Origin: Abditibacteriaceae bacterium
GTDB taxonomy: Bacteria; Armatimonadota; Abditibacteriia; Abditibacteriales; Abditibacteriaceae
Assembly (NCBI GenBank): GCA_031425655.1
Contig: JANPJS010000091.1
Coordinates: 1 to 29,595, forward strand
DNA length: 29,595 nt
Reading direction: 5' to 3'
Positions 1 through 8,378 of the stretch are shown here, piece after piece. Below the pieces are notes generated by a model. The model saw only the letters and a program-made list of their open reading frames with translations, had not been told where the DNA came from and ran no database searches. Each line of letters opens with the position of its first letter. Within the stretch, counting starts at the first letter, position 1. A program made the translations under genes and the position numbers.

Positions 1-100
1 GGTAAGACGGGAAGAAAATTCAGTTATGGTTTTTGAAAGCGTATTGTTAAAAAAAAAGCCAATAAAATTCTTCCCGTCTTACCGCCCTTCCCGTCTTACC
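1..100. repeat. Intergenic inverted/tandem repeat (may continue beyond the window start)
   Basis: ggtaagacgggaagaa (1-16) is the exact reverse complement of ttcttcccgtcttacc (68-83); cttcccgtcttacc is repeated again at 87-100 (17-bp period). Confidence 0.8.
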
Positions 101-134
101 GTTTATATTTTTCAGAATAAAAAAAGAATTAACG

Positions 135-899
135 ATGAATATATTTGGTGTTCAACTCGATATTCAATGGGAAAATAAAGCGGCGAATTTCGCGCGCGTG
201 CGCGAACTGATCGCAGGCGCCGCGCCGCCCTCCGGTTCGCTCGTGGTTCTGCCGGAAATGTTCGCAACTGGCTTTAGCATGGACGCGCGAAGCATAGCCG
301 AATATCCCGGCGGAGCTACCGAAAAATACTTTGCCGATTTAGCGCACGGATTTTCTATTTATATTTTAGGCGGCATGGTCACTCCGTCCGGCGACGGGCG
401 CGGCACTAACGAAGCCGTCGCATTTTCACCGGACGGCAGCCTCGTCGCGCGCTACGCTAAAATCCATCCGTTTTCGTTTAGCGGCGAAAATAAATACTAC
501 GCGGCGGGCGAGGAAATATCGCTTTTCGATTGGCAGGGTTTTCGCGTGGCGCCGTTTATCTGCTACGACTTGCGCTTTCCCGAAATATTCCGCGCTGCGG
601 TTAAAAAAGGCGCCAATCTATTCGTAGTTATCGCCAACTGGCCCGCAGCAAGAGAAGAGCATTGGCTGGCGCTTTTGCGTGCCCGCGCCATCGAAAATCA
701 GGCGTATATTTTAGGCGTTAACCGCTGCGGCGACGATCCGAAATTGCATTATTCGGGGCGCAGCCAGATTATTGATCCGCGCGGCGAAATCATCGCCGAC
801 GGCGGCCACAACGAAGGCGTCATTAGCGCCGAACTCGATTTAGCGGCACTCGAAAAATATCGCGCCGATTTTCCGGCTTTAGCCGACATGAAATTGTGA
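135..899 (+). CDS. Carbon-nitrogen hydrolase (nitrilase superfamily, omega-amidase/YafV-like)
   Basis: 254 aa with the catalytic Glu-Lys-Cys triad in the expected contexts: LPEMF, YAKIHPF, ICYDLRFPE; also ARAIENQ and GRSQIIDPRG. Confidence 0.92.
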   Translation: MNIFGVQLDIQWENKAANFARVRELIAGAAPPSGSLVVLPEMFATGFSMDARSIAEYPGGATEKYFADLAHGFSIYILGGMVTPSGDGRGTNEAVAFSPDGSLVARYAKIHPFSFSGENKYYAAGEEISLFDWQGFRVAPFICYDLRFPEIFRAAVKKGANLFVVIANWPAAREEHWLALLRARAIENQAYILGVNRCGDDPKLHYSGRSQIIDPRGEIIADGGHNEGVISAELDLAALEKYRADFPALADMKL

Positions 900-921
900 C
901 CAAGTATTCAGGAGGAGCTTG

Positions 922-2253
922 ATGAGCGACGCCAAAACTTTGTCCAGCGATTCATCCAACGCCGCGCCCACCCCGCTGCCGGAAAATCTGGAGGAATTAC
1001 AGCAGGATTTGCAGCTCGCGCGCGAATTGCAACAGGCGATGCTGCCGCTGCAATATCCCACGTTTCCGCGCGGCGCCCCGCCGCACGAAAGCGCTCTGCT
1101 TTTTCACCACGATTATCGCGCCAACTCGGCCATCGGCGGCGATTTTGTGGCGATTCTGCCGCTTTCGGCAAACTCCGCCGGCATTTTTCTCTGCGACGTG
1201 ATGGGTCATGGCGTGCGCGCCGCGCTGGTGGCTGCCATGATCAGTGCTTTGCTCGAAGAATCGAAGCACCTTGCCACTGATCCGGGCGCGCTGCTGACCG
1301 AAATCAATCGCGGATTAATCGAGATTTTGCAGCGCACGCGCACTTTGGTTTTCACTTCGGCGTTTTATCTGGTAGCCGATGCTTCCAGCGGCCAAATGCG
1401 CTTCGCCAACGCCGGGCATCCGGCGCCTTTGCACGCCGGGCGCGGAATTTCCAGCGACAAACCGGCTTTCGTTTCCAGCTTGAATGGCACGCCCGGCCCG
1501 GTTTTGGGCATGATCTCCGACGCGACGTTTCCCACCTGCGAACAGCGCCTCGCCGTTGGCGATTTATTGTTGCTTTATACCGATGGCCTGTTTGAAGTGG
1601 CGCGCGACGGAGGCGAAATTTTCGGTCAGGAGCGAGTGTTTTCCAGCGTGTGCGAACGTCTGACGCGCACGCCCACTTTGCCACTTCGAGACATTTGCAA
1701 TGCTGTGATTGAAGAAGCGGCGACCTTCGGCGGCTTCGAGGACGATGTGTGCTTAGTTGCGATGGAAGTCGCGCGTTTGGGCATTTCGGGCGAAGCCGGA
1801 CGCGACGATTTAACCGGGCTATTTAACGAGCATTATTTGCGCGAATCATTAGAACGCGAAGTGCATCGCGCCGTGCGCCAAAGTTACGAGATCGGCGTGA
1901 TTGCACTGGAATTTCGTGGCATCGAGGAATTTTCGAGACGGCACGGACAAGGCGAGGCCGACGAAGTTTTACGCGGATTCGGCGCTTTGCTGACGCTGCA
2001 CACGCGCCGCTCCGACATCGCCTGCCGCACGCGGCCCACCGGTTTTACGCTGATTTTGCCCGAAGCCTCGCCGGACAACACGCAGCGCAAAGCCGCGCAG
2101 CTTTGCGAGGTCTTGAAAAGCCATTGCCCTCGGCTTTTCGAGACCGGCGAACTCTCGCTAATGCTTGGCCTCGCCTCGTTTCCCCAACACGGCACAAGCG
2201 GCGAAGTCATCGTCCAAACCGCAACCGCAGCGATGAAACCGAAGCCATCGTAG
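922..2253 (+). CDS. SpoIIE/PP2C-type Ser/Thr phosphatase fused to a C-terminal degenerate GGDEF domain
   Basis: SD AGGAGG at 910-915 before ATG 922. PP2C motifs GGDF, DVMGHG, YTDGL, DDVC. The C-terminal domain starts DDLTGLFN; its GG(D/E)EF position reads RPTGF. Confidence 0.88.
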   Translation: MSDAKTLSSDSSNAAPTPLPENLEELQQDLQLARELQQAMLPLQYPTFPRGAPPHESALLFHHDYRANSAIGGDFVAILPLSANSAGIFLCDVMGHGVRAALVAAMISALLEESKHLATDPGALLTEINRGLIEILQRTRTLVFTSAFYLVADASSGQMRFANAGHPAPLHAGRGISSDKPAFVSSLNGTPGPVLGMISDATFPTCEQRLAVGDLLLLYTDGLFEVARDGGEIFGQERVFSSVCERLTRTPTLPLRDICNAVIEEAATFGGFEDDVCLVAMEVARLGISGEAGRDDLTGLFNEHYLRESLEREVHRAVRQSYEIGVIALEFRGIEEFSRRHGQGEADEVLRGFGALLTLHTRRSDIACRTRPTGFTLILPEASPDNTQRKAAQLCEVLKSHCPRLFETGELSLMLGLASFPQHGTSGEVIVQTATAAMKPKPS

Positions 2254-2502
2254 GGACATGGCTTGCCTTGTCCCATAGGCATCAAATTAAGCAAAGAAAT
2301 GTAATCTACAATCTTCAAAAAGCGACTTTGCCGCTCCCACCCCATTAAAATGGGGTGCTAATCTAACGAAGTCCGCCTTCGCGGACTCGAAATTTAGTCC
2401 GCGAAGGCGGACTTTGTAACGGTAGCGCCCCATTTTAAAGGGGTGTCACGGGAAAAAATTCTTAAGTTGATGCCTATGGGACAAGGCAAGCCATGTTCCT
2501 AC
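2250..2502. repeat. Nested palindromic REP/MITE-like element between convergent genes
   Basis: Outer 42-bp inverted repeat 2250-2291 / 2461-2502 (2 mismatches, GTAG termini); middle 23-bp IR 2338-2360 / 2423-2445 (2 mismatches); inner perfect 19-bp IR 2369-2387 / 2396-2414. Confidence 0.9.
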
Positions 2503-5500
2503 TTCAGCACAATTTGCCGACGGCTTTCGGTTTGAATCGCTTCGAGAAAGGCGGCGTAGGACGAGGCGTCAGCGGCTTCGACACGCAAGGCGCCGAGCAA
2601 AACTTCGCGCGTGGCGAGGAGCGCGCCGTTTTCCACTTTGTAATTGAAGCGATAGCGGCCCCACGGCGTTTCGTCTTTAACTTCGGCGGGCAATTCCTGC
2701 GGCGCGTAGCCTGCGGGCATTTTCAAACGAACGGTGCTGAGATACAGGCCGCGCAACGCCGCTTGCTCGATGGGCTGCGTGCGATTCGAGGTGTTTTGCA
2801 GCGCGGGCAATAGGCCTTCTTCGCCTTGCCACGGCAACCGCGTGAGCAGAGAATTGCCCGATTTGGAGCCGAAATTATCGGCTTTATAAGCGATCTTAAT
2901 TTGCATCGGACGGTCGGAATCGCCCAGTCCGGACAACGTGCCGTCGGTCAAACGCGCGTTTTTAATCGAGCGCGCGGCAATTTTCGTCAGGGCATCGGCG
3001 CGGCGGTTTTGCGGCAAGTGCTGAAATGTTTGGCGCATCGAACCGCCCCAATCGCCGGACAGCGAAAGCTCAACCGTGCCGCTGATTTTGCCGTCGGCGC
3101 CAAGCTGCGCGACGTGCGAATCGGCGGCGAAATTTCGTTCCGCCGGCAAAACGGGTGTATTAGTTAAATCCGTTGTGCCCTCGCCGATAATCAGCGCCGC
3201 AACACCTTGATTATTGGATGACAACTCGCCAAAAGGCACGAAATCAGCGCTAAAATCCAGCCAAAGCGGCCCGTTTTCCAGATCGGCAACAACAATAGCG
3301 TGATTAAAGCGCGGCGACGGCAAAAACGGCGTGATTCCCGCCTCGCGCCCGCTCAGTAAAACCATGCGCGCTTTGATGCCGACGGCGGCGCAGAGTGCGG
3401 TCAGCAGCGCCGCTTTGTCTTTGCCGTCGGCGTATTTTTCGCGCATCACTTCTTTGCCTTCGGCAGGCAGATAACGGCTCAGGCGAAACGGCGTGCTTTG
3501 ATATTGCACGTCGCGCGCGACGTAACGATAAATCGCGCGCAGTTTTTCCGTTTCGTCACGCGCGGACTTCGTCAGTTCGGCGGCTTTGGCGCGAGTCGCG
3601 GCATCGGGCACGCCGCGCGGCGCCGAAAGGCCGCGATACCAGTCGGCGATTTGCTTCCACGAGCCGATACTCGAAATATCCAGCCACGGCTGCGTGTCGG
3701 CGACTGCGGGCGAAAGTGGCTCGATTTTGCGCGGCGCCGCGTTGTCCACGCGCCATTCGCGCACGCGCCATGTGCTGCTTTTGCTTTTCACGTCGCGCGT
3801 TTGCGGACGCGGAATTTCGCCATGACTGCGCACGTTGAAAACCACATCCGGCGGCGTGATGAGAACAAAGCGCGAAGTTTTGACAGGCGCACCGCTGATG
3901 CCAAAAAACCACTGCGCCCAGAATTGCTGCGCCAAACCGCCCTTTTGGTAATCCTCGACGCGATAAATCACATCAATCACGTCACCCGGCGCCAGAGATG
4001 GCCAAGAAAGGCTTTTTTCCCCGACGTTCTGCGACACGTCGCGCGTTTTGCCGCCGGGCGAGGTGATTTTCGCGCTTTCGATGGTTGAGGTCGCCGAAGC
4101 GGTCGGCAAAGCTAAATCGAGATTTCGATGGCGCGCAACGCCGGCGGCATCGAAAACCTTGATGATTTGCCGAAAGCGTGTCAGCGTGGCCCGGTCGGGA
4201 TAAACCACTTGTCGCGCCTCGTCCAACACAATCATTGAAGCCATACCGGCTGGTTTTGCGGGAATTTTGGCGATCAGCGGCGCGGCATCAAGGCCCGCAA
4301 CAAGATCGAAAAGCGGTTTTTCGCCCGATAAGAGTTGCACTTTTTCGCGCAACGCGACCTGCGCTGGATTGAGGCTGAGCGCCTCACGATACAGCGCCAG
4401 AGCGCCGGGTTTGTCGCCGCGTTGGCTTAATAAATCCGCAAGGCGACCGGCGAGCGAAGCGTCCTGCGGACGCAAAGCGCGCACGTTTTGCAAAGTTGCG
4501 ATGGCGCCTTTGAAATCGCGCGCTTTTTCCTGCAAATCGGCTAATGCCAGCAAATAACCCGGCTGCAGCGCGCCTTGCAGCAACCTGCGATAAGCCGTAA
4601 TTGCGGCGGAAATTTGACCTTGCACGGCGCGACGCTCGGCTTTGGCGCGCAGCAGCGTCTCGGAATCCGGGAAGATTTTCAGCGCGCGAAAAAGTGTTTT
4701 GTCCGCTTCGCGTTTGCGATTCGCGTCGTCGAGCCGCTCAATCAACGCAGCGAAATTCTCGGCTCCGGGCGCAAAATCCGTGGCGCGACGTGCGGCTTCC
4801 ACAGCCTCGCCTTTGGAACCGGCTTGCGCATACGCCTCGGCTAAAGCCCCCGCCACGCGCGACGATTGTGGATGGATGGAAAAAAGCGCCTTGAGCTTTT
4901 GCACGCGCGCCAAATGGGACAAGCCTTCGTCGGCGCCAATCGCTTCGAGCTGCGCCGGAACGAGGCGCGGATTGAGCGAAATAGCACGATTTCGTGCCAC
5001 GCGAGCTTCGTCGGGCCGCCCGTCAGCGGCCAAAGATTGCGCAAGTTCAAAATACAGCCACGCCGCTTGAGGCGCCGCGTTTTGCGCCAGAGCGCCGCGC
5101 AAAGTTTGAATCGCGGCGTCCGGCTCGCCCGAATCGCGCTGCAAAGCCGCCAAAAGCGCGGCGTTTTCCGGCTCGAAAACCTGCGGGCCGCGCAACGCGC
5201 CGATAATCGGCATTTCCGTCGGCGGCGCGCTGCCGTTCAGCGGCGCGAATTTGAATTGTGAAGCATCGGCGCGGAGCGGCAAATCATTGCCATCTGTTCG
5301 TGTAAGACGCAGCGCGAACGCGCCATCGTCGCTTTCGTCGGCGATTTTCACCAGAAGCGAATTCCAGCCGGCTTTGAGCGCGACGGGCACGCGAATCGGA
5401 TCCGCGAGGTAAAGTTGTCGCGCGCGATATTTGTCGTCGCTTAGCACTAAGGCGCCGCCCAGCCAGATTTTGGCGGCGCCCGACGGGTCGAAACGCAGCC

Positions 5501-6218
5501 AGACGTTTTGCGCTTGCAGAGAAAAAATCGCCGTCGCCGCGTAAAACACGCTGGGCGTTTCGTCGCCGAGATGCTGCCCGATTTCGCACGAGCCATTGGC
5601 CGTCGCCAAAGGCAAGGCTCGCCAACGCACCGTTTGGTCGTCTTTGCCTTTATAAATTTTGGCGAAATTGACTTCGTTTTCGGGCGCGAACGCTTTGGAG
5701 AAACCGGAGCGCGCCGCGTTATCGAACGGCCCGATGGCACGCCACGAACGCACGAAAGCCAGGCCGTCAAGCAGCGTTTTCGCTTGCGATAATTTGCCGG
5801 CGCGGCGCGCGGCATCGGCCAAAACCAGACGCGCGCCGGCGCGCATTTCAGGCGGCGCGCCGGGCGATGCCGTAATATCGCGCGCCGCGCCTTCCAGCAA
5901 ATCCAGGCGCCCATTTTGGCCGCAGAGATGAACGAATTTCGTCCACAGCGCGGCGGTTTGCGGTTGCGATGGCGCCAATCGAAACAGCGGGCGCAAGGCC
6001 AAAAGCGCACTTTTTGCGTCGTCTTCAAAAAGCGCGGCCCATCCCAGATTACGCAGCACAACGACATCGTTGGAGTTCTTCTTTAAGGCCGCACGCAGCG
6101 TCGTGCGCGCTTCGCCGGTCTGGTTGCGCCACAACTGAGCGCGGCCCATTTCGGCATCTCCGGCGGCAAATACGGGCGCCGTCAACAACAAAATGAGCGT
6201 CAGGATTAAGCTTTTCAT
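2499..6218 (-). CDS. Secreted TPR-repeat protein with DUF3857 and transglutaminase-like domains
   Basis: 1239 aa. Signal peptide MKSLILTLILLLTAPVFA, Ala/Leu-rich TPR-like helices, a beta-sandwich segment (WRAIGPFDN...LKAGWNSLLVKI), a DUF3857-like segment (LAPGDVIDVIY), and a transglutaminase-like core (ADGKDKAALL...FNHAIV...WLD). Confidence 0.8.
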   Translation of the reverse strand: MKSLILTLILLLTAPVFAAGDAEMGRAQLWRNQTGEARTTLRAALKKNSNDVVVLRNLGWAALFEDDAKSALLALRPLFRLAPSQPQTAALWTKFVHLCGQNGRLDLLEGAARDITASPGAPPEMRAGARLVLADAARRAGKLSQAKTLLDGLAFVRSWRAIGPFDNAARSGFSKAFAPENEVNFAKIYKGKDDQTVRWRALPLATANGSCEIGQHLGDETPSVFYAATAIFSLQAQNVWLRFDPSGAAKIWLGGALVLSDDKYRARQLYLADPIRVPVALKAGWNSLLVKIADESDDGAFALRLTRTDGNDLPLRADASQFKFAPLNGSAPPTEMPIIGALRGPQVFEPENAALLAALQRDSGEPDAAIQTLRGALAQNAAPQAAWLYFELAQSLAADGRPDEARVARNRAISLNPRLVPAQLEAIGADEGLSHLARVQKLKALFSIHPQSSRVAGALAEAYAQAGSKGEAVEAARRATDFAPGAENFAALIERLDDANRKREADKTLFRALKIFPDSETLLRAKAERRAVQGQISAAITAYRRLLQGALQPGYLLALADLQEKARDFKGAIATLQNVRALRPQDASLAGRLADLLSQRGDKPGALALYREALSLNPAQVALREKVQLLSGEKPLFDLVAGLDAAPLIAKIPAKPAGMASMIVLDEARQVVYPDRATLTRFRQIIKVFDAAGVARHRNLDLALPTASATSTIESAKITSPGGKTRDVSQNVGEKSLSWPSLAPGDVIDVIYRVEDYQKGGLAQQFWAQWFFGISGAPVKTSRFVLITPPDVVFNVRSHGEIPRPQTRDVKSKSSTWRVREWRVDNAAPRKIEPLSPAVADTQPWLDISSIGSWKQIADWYRGLSAPRGVPDAATRAKAAELTKSARDETEKLRAIYRYVARDVQYQSTPFRLSRYLPAEGKEVMREKYADGKDKAALLTALCAAVGIKARMVLLSGREAGITPFLPSPRFNHAIVVADLENGPLWLDFSADFVPFGELSSNNQGVAALIIGEGTTDLTNTPVLPAERNFAADSHVAQLGADGKISGTVELSLSGDWGGSMRQTFQHLPQNRRADALTKIAARSIKNARLTDGTLSGLGDSDRPMQIKIAYKADNFGSKSGNSLLTRLPWQGEEGLLPALQNTSNRTQPIEQAALRGLYLSTVRLKMPAGYAPQELPAEVKDETPWGRYRFNYKVENGALLATREVLLGALRVEAADASSYAAFLEAIQTESRRQIVLK

Positions 6219-6221
6219 CTA

Positions 6222-6258
6222 TCAATAACAAACCCGCAACCAGAATTGGTTGCGGGTT
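6222..6258 (-). terminator. Probable intrinsic terminator after the FtsX-like permease
   Basis: Perfect 12-bp stem aacccgcaacca / tggttgcgggtt (6231-6258) with a 4-nt loop, followed on the minus strand by an imperfect U tract (tgttattga). Confidence 0.6.
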
Positions 6259-6282
6259 GAAAGTTCTCCGACGAATTACGAT

Positions 6283-6924
6283 TTAAACTTCCGAACGCAT
6301 GGCGTCAACAGGCTGCATTCGCGCGGCGCGGATAGCCGGGCCAAGAGCGCCGATAATGCTCAAAACCGTGCCGATAACCAGGCACAGCAGAATTTGCAGC
6401 ACCAGTTTTCCCCAGTTGAAATGCGCCAACACCATATCGCCCGCGTGGGGAAAACCTTCGGGCATTCGCTGTCCCAAACTCGTCAGCAACACGAAAACGG
6501 TGCCGATAATCGAACCGAATACCGAACCGAAAAAGCCCAGCATTGCCGATTCGAGCAAAAACAGTTTTATGATGAAGTTATCCAGCGCGCCTAAGCACTT
6601 CATTGTGCCGATTTCCTTATAGCGCTCGGTTACGCTCATCAACATCGAGTTGGTGATACCGACGACGGAAACCAGCAGCGACATGACTACCAGCCAGGTG
6701 TTTTTTTGCGTTTGTGCATCGCCAATTTTCTGGCCTGTGGCTTCGAGAACCAGTTGCGCCATGAAGACGCTCATCAGAAACGCGATGCCGAGCATAGTTC
6801 CGGCACCGGTAATCATGGCGCGGCCCAGCCGAATCGTGATGTTGCGCAACGCGATTTTAAACGCTTGATCGAAAGGCAGAGAAATCTGCCGTTCGATTTT
6901 GACCGATCCACCACTCGCTGCCAT
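6283..6924 (-). CDS. FtsX/MacB-like ABC transporter permease (short, no large extracytoplasmic domain)
   Basis: 213 aa with four hydrophobic segments and the family motifs GITNSMLMSVTERYKEIGTMKCLGA and PAIRAARMQPVDAMR. Confidence 0.88.
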   Translation of the reverse strand: MAASGGSVKIERQISLPFDQAFKIALRNITIRLGRAMITGAGTMLGIAFLMSVFMAQLVLEATGQKIGDAQTQKNTWLVVMSLLVSVVGITNSMLMSVTERYKEIGTMKCLGALDNFIIKLFLLESAMLGFFGSVFGSIIGTVFVLLTSLGQRMPEGFPHAGDMVLAHFNWGKLVLQILLCLVIGTVLSIIGALGPAIRAARMQPVDAMRSEV

Positions 6925-6935
6925 GCTGATGCTCC

Positions 6936-7310
6936 TTACTTTTTATCGGCCTCGGAAAAACCGACGTAGCCGCGCCGCGCTAATTCCCGAAAAAATTGTT
7001 GCACCGAAAGCTCGGCTTCGCGCTCGACAAGTTTATATTCTTTGGCCACCGAACGTGCGATGGCGCCGACCGAATTTTTGCCGTCCAACATCTTCCAAAC
7101 GTGCGTGCCGATAGCGTCCAAAGCGATGGTGCGCTCTTCGGGCAGCGGCAAAAACAAGTTGAGAATCTTGGTTTTCCAGCTTTTCTGCCGCTGAATATGC
7201 AGCATGACCCGCCCGTCCTGCTCGAACCACTCCAGCGCCGGATTGCGCCACGGGCATAACGCCAACCAGGCCCGGCGCGACGGCGGCGCGGTTTTCGACT
7301 TCTTTTTCAT
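6936..7310 (-). CDS. PqqD-family / RiPP recognition element (RRE)-like protein
   Basis: C-terminal pattern IALDAIGTHVWKMLDGKNSVGAIA...VQQFFRELARRGYV matches the PqqD winged-helix pattern. ATG at 7310 chosen; TTG at 7331 is an alternative start. Confidence 0.78.
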   Translation of the reverse strand: MKKKSKTAPPSRRAWLALCPWRNPALEWFEQDGRVMLHIQRQKSWKTKILNLFLPLPEERTIALDAIGTHVWKMLDGKNSVGAIARSVAKEYKLVEREAELSVQQFFRELARRGYVGFSEADKK

Positions 7311-7331
7311 GGTGCCTTGCCGGCATTTCAA

Positions 7332-8333
7332 TTAACGGTCGCGCGACGATTGACCGCCGAAATTGCCACTCGAACCGAAGCGATTGCCGCCACTGCGTCC
7401 GCCGCGTCCACGTCCGCCGCCATCGGCGGCGTTTTTCGGCGTGATAACGACGCAGCGATGCGGCTCGCGGCCTTCGCTGCCCGTGGTAATTTCTTCGTCG
7501 CCGCGCAACGCGATATGAACCAGACGGCGCTCGTGCGCCGGCATCGGATCGAGGCGCACGGTGCGGCGGTCGCGTTTGGCGCGCGATGCGGCGTGACGCG
7601 CGGTTTGGTCGAGGCTTTGTGAGCGGCGCGAGCGATAGCCGCCGGCATCCACGATCACGCGCAGCACGTTGCTGTTGTCATCGGCTTCAACGCGATTATT
7701 CAGCGTCAAATTCAGCAAATATTGAAACGATTGCAGCGTTTGGCCGTGCTTGCCGATGAGAATGCCCACGTCTTCGCCTTCGATGTCAATAAACACCTGA
7801 GCCACGGTTTGCTCATCGTCAACCGGCGCCGGAGACTCGCCCAAACGGGCTTCGGCGTCCAATCCCATGCGACTCAGAAACTCTTGCGCGAGCGATTGCG
7901 CCCGCTCAACCTGCGCCGGGTCAACAATGATCGCTTGGCGAGGCGGCGCGCTGGCCGCGACAGGCTCGTCGTCGGGTGTTTCGTCGTCGGACACATCGTT
8001 ATCTTGATAATCCGCGTCGTCGCTTTCCTCTTCGCGCAACGGTGCGGCGGCTTGAGAATCTTCGGACGAATCTTCAATTTCGGCGACAGGTTCTTCAACT
8101 ACAGCTTCGACGGGAGCTTCGACAGCGGGCGTTTCGACAGGCGTTCGAACGGGCGCGGCTTCGCCATTTTCTCGGCGCGGACTGACGCGCACCGTCACGC
8201 CTTTTTCGGTGCGATCCAACACTTCAAATTCGACTTCCTCGCGCGAGGCGCCGACCATCAAAAGCGCTTGGGAAATCGCGGCTTCCTCGCTGGAAGCGGT
8301 CAAACGGACGGGACTGAAATAAGGAGTTGCCAT
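7332..8333 (-). CDS. jag: RNA-binding protein Jag/KhpB/EloR (Jag-N, KH and R3H domains)
   Basis: KH motif GILIGKHGQTL, R3H motif ERRLVH, EGREPHRCVVI; acidic linker and RGG-rich tail; canonical position after yidC. Confidence 0.95.
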   Translation of the reverse strand: MATPYFSPVRLTASSEEAAISQALLMVGASREEVEFEVLDRTEKGVTVRVSPRRENGEAAPVRTPVETPAVEAPVEAVVEEPVAEIEDSSEDSQAAAPLREEESDDADYQDNDVSDDETPDDEPVAASAPPRQAIIVDPAQVERAQSLAQEFLSRMGLDAEARLGESPAPVDDEQTVAQVFIDIEGEDVGILIGKHGQTLQSFQYLLNLTLNNRVEADDNSNVLRVIVDAGGYRSRRSQSLDQTARHAASRAKRDRRTVRLDPMPAHERRLVHIALRGDEEITTGSEGREPHRCVVITPKNAADGGGRGRGGRSGGNRFGSSGNFGGQSSRDR

Positions 8334-8378
8334 TCGTATCCTCTGACAAAAATAGTGAACTGGGTTGTGAAAACAGCC

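Noticed and set aside
1801..2253. Active diguanylate cyclase
   Set aside because: The GG(D/E)EF motif and the metal-binding Asp residues are absent.
6283..7331. Complete RiPP or PQQ biosynthetic cluster
   Set aside because: No precursor peptide, radical SAM enzyme or other pqq genes are visible in the window.
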